Program-made: the position numbers and the translations under genes
Part shown: in pieces, positions 61,078-64,000 of the stretch
Numbering within the stretch: position 1 is the stretch's first letter
Layout: the number at the start of each line of letters is the position of its first letter
Assembly: GCF_001194135.2 (NCBI RefSeq)
Contig: NC_068985.1
Coordinates: 78,945,167-79,009,166 of the forward strand
Origin: Octopus bimaculoides
Taxonomy: Eukaryota
Direction: 5' to 3'
DNA: 64,000 nt
The notes under the pieces: model-generated
Database searches by the model: none
Told to the model about the DNA's origin: nothing
Seen by the model: only the letters and a program-made list of their open reading frames with translations

Positions 61078-64000
61078 ATTTCTATACGTATTAAGGCATC
61101 AAATAAACTGTTTCGGAGCATGAATCCCGGGATATCCTACATATATTTATCGACATACACACATACACACACTACTACGATCTGCACAATTTCCGTGAAC
61201 CAAATTCAATCCGAGGCTATGATATAAAACACATGTTTAAAGTACAGCGCAGTGGGATCGAACCAAGAACCACGTGGTTGTGAAGCGAACTTCTTAACCA
61301 CACAACAACGTCTAATAATAATTTGACCTCGAGACATTAATGGCATGAAAGTAAAACAAAAACGTAAAAGCAATTAAATGTACATGCCGGGCTTCGCTTT
61401 CGCAGTGATACTGATTAATGCTGACGATAATTTCTGTGTCAAAGATTTAGGTTTATAATCTATGAAGTGAGAATGAGTGGCGTTCATGGGTCTCTCAAGG
61501 ACATTAAGGACATGACATGAAAATGAAATGTATAGACTTGGGACCGAAACAACAGTGGTACGCCGGTTGGATGTCAACTCATCTACCTTAATCAACAGCG
61601 ATTACATTTATAGTGCAAAAGAAACATCTAGACAGTCCTGCACCGTCTGTGCTAATATATCTAATCCCATTGTTAGTAAATAGAGAAAATGGATGGGAGA
61701 AATGGAGATATATGGGGTGGGGGTGAAAGAATGAGAGAAAACACGAACGAAGAGCAAGGAAAATATGGAAAAGAAACCGTATGAAAGAACGAAGGAATGA
61801 ATAACGATAACGTAAACAAAAGAACGATAGAAAGAAAGTGAAATCGGGATAAAGAATGAAAGAGGAGATTAAAAAGGATTAAAGAAACGAAATAAATGGA
61901 CAAATAAAAACTAAGCATTTAGTTTTAACGTAGATTTTATTTAAAGCACACACATTTTTATATCATTTTTTTAAAGAAAATATGTCTTTATATTATTTAA
62001 AACAGAATCTACCAACAATTCAAAGTAAAAGTAAAAGTTAATTTTTTAATTTAAAATGTTTTAAAATATATTAATTTTTGATTTGTTTGCCATTAGACTG
62101 CGGTCATGCTGGGGCACCGCATTGATTTTTTAAAATCAAATGAATAATCAACCCCAGTATTATTAAGGATTCTTTTTTTTTTTTATAATTAAAAACTAAT
62201 GTTAGGCAATTTTAAAGAATAACAGTGATTTTCTTATGTATATAAAATCTATTTTGGTTTGTATGTTGTGTTTTTGTAATTTGCAATTACGTTTTTTACC
62301 AATAATAAATTGAAATGACAGCATTTTAAATTTTTAGAAAGCGAAACTAAAGCGTTCAGATGGAAACGATATTATATACGAAAAGAAATCAGAAAAAGTA
62401 CTCGAGTGTCAAGTTCCTAACCCTTAATCAGGGTTTTTCAGATGTTCAATGCAATAAAATTCCAAAGACCTTTTGTTTTTTAAAAAGAAAAAGAAGCGAA
62501 GGGGAGTGGTTTAATAAATTCACAGAGAAAGGAATGAAGTGCCCAAAATTTTAAGAATGCAGCGTGGAAGACCCAAACACATACACGCGTATATACACAC
62601 ATTCAAAAGAACGTAAATATTAGAACAAGGAACATGGATTTGAGTTATTAACGAAGAAAATACATACACAACTGAGAGTATCAACGTAAAAGGTGGGGGA
62701 CGACAGGAGAGAAGCAATAAACTAGATTTCATAGTTTCTGTCGACCTTCATTAAGGATCGAACCTAAATAGTTTTGATTCGCAATAGTCTCGTGACTAGC
62801 CTTTGCAACAACAGCAATAACAGTAGATTTGCGCTATTACAATAGTCACTAACAAACTGATTTTGCTGTCATGATTCCATCGTTGATAATTTACGTATGT
62901 TGTCTGTGTATGTGTGCGCTATAGCTGTGTCCGCACACACCATGTTTACTGTATGTATACACGCGTGCGCGCACACACGTGCATGTACATGCACATATAT
63001 ATGCATAAATACAATTAGCTATATATGTTTATATTCATACACACACACACACATAAATGTCAGTATATAAATATATACATATACGTATGTATGCGTGCTT
63101 ATGAATGTCCATGTATTGCATATATTTAAGGTATGTATATACGAGTTGCGTCTGTTTACAACGTCGTCTATAGTACACAAGTGGCTGCATGTGTTGGAAG
63201 CTATATGCTACAGGTGTATATGTACAGAGGATGGACGTGTGAGATAAGAGTGAGTGATCGTATATTCATTCTCCACTGTTGTTTAGCCGCTATCCACCCT
63301 CCGTCTTGGCGATCCCATTTTTTGAGGAAACACAAAATACAACGTAGTCATGTGGTATGCTTCGAAGGTAGGATCTGGCTGTTATTTCTGGCAGATTAAG
63401 AGGTTTGCTCGTTGGCTCGTGCGTCTCATTCTATCCGTATTTGCTGTCGCTGTGGGTGTTTGTCGTTTAACCCAAGGCCAATCATGAACTGACAGACGTT
63501 TGTTCAGCAGCTTTCCAGCCGTCTATCTCGCTGTCTTTTTTTAATGTTTACATTATCTAATGTGTCAGTTTCTCTTTTTTTAAGGATGGTTAGAGTATAA
63601 TATATTTGTAGGAAGGGGAAATTTAGTTGATATTTCGGCTCGGCTGATACCCGAGCAAAAATATTTAACTGATTAAATGGATATTCCGTAAGAAAAGCTT
63701 TGATGTAGTACTTAATCTAAGCTATAACGTAAATAAAGTTATGGTACTCATACTTTCTCAGTGTTTCTGCACTATATGTGTATGTGTTTTATACATATGT
63801 ATATATGTATGCATGTGCATATTTAGTAAGGGAATTACATTTTCTACGGAATTCGGAAAAAGGGTAAGGTCTTTTTCATTTTTTCTTCTTAGAATTTACA
63901 ATCCTAAAAGAAGTTTTTCTCAAATTTTTATTTTGTTACACTTAATACCCACCCTATATAATCCTTTTTCTTTCCCATTAGGTATGGGGGGCGCCTATTT

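Overview
AT-rich eukaryotic DNA, dense in microsatellites, with nine N-gaps. The tRNA-derived SINE families look like those of Octopus (coleoid cephalopod); this is recognition from memory, not a database hit. I cannot confidently identify any intact host protein-coding gene. The window reads as long intron plus intergenic sequence packed with transposons: a near full-length frameshifted RTE LINE (35.1-38.9 kb, -), a 5'-truncated CR1 LINE (54.3-56.4 kb, -), decayed CR1, L2-like and Penelope relics, at least four tRNA-derived SINE families plus an RTE-like short repeat, piggyBac-like TTAA MITEs, a mariner derivative and several foldback elements. Best leads: (1) four tandem 26-bp units carrying estrogen-response-element-type palindromes (5.55-5.66 kb), apparently grown out of an AGGTCA-rich minisatellite; (2) a minimal hammerhead ribozyme motif in a Penelope-type repeat (25.49-25.52 kb, -); (3) a SINE family sharing both a 5'-UTR segment and the 3' tail with the RTE LINE in the same window; (4) a shift from CpG-depleted (left) to CpG-retaining (right) sequence around 34-40 kb, suggesting the edge of a methylated gene body; (5) unresolved exon-like segments, chiefly at 33.9-34.1 kb. 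Most ORFs in the supplied track are artefacts of gaps or microsatellites. Repeat boundaries are read by eye and are approximate unless a TSD or TIR is quoted.
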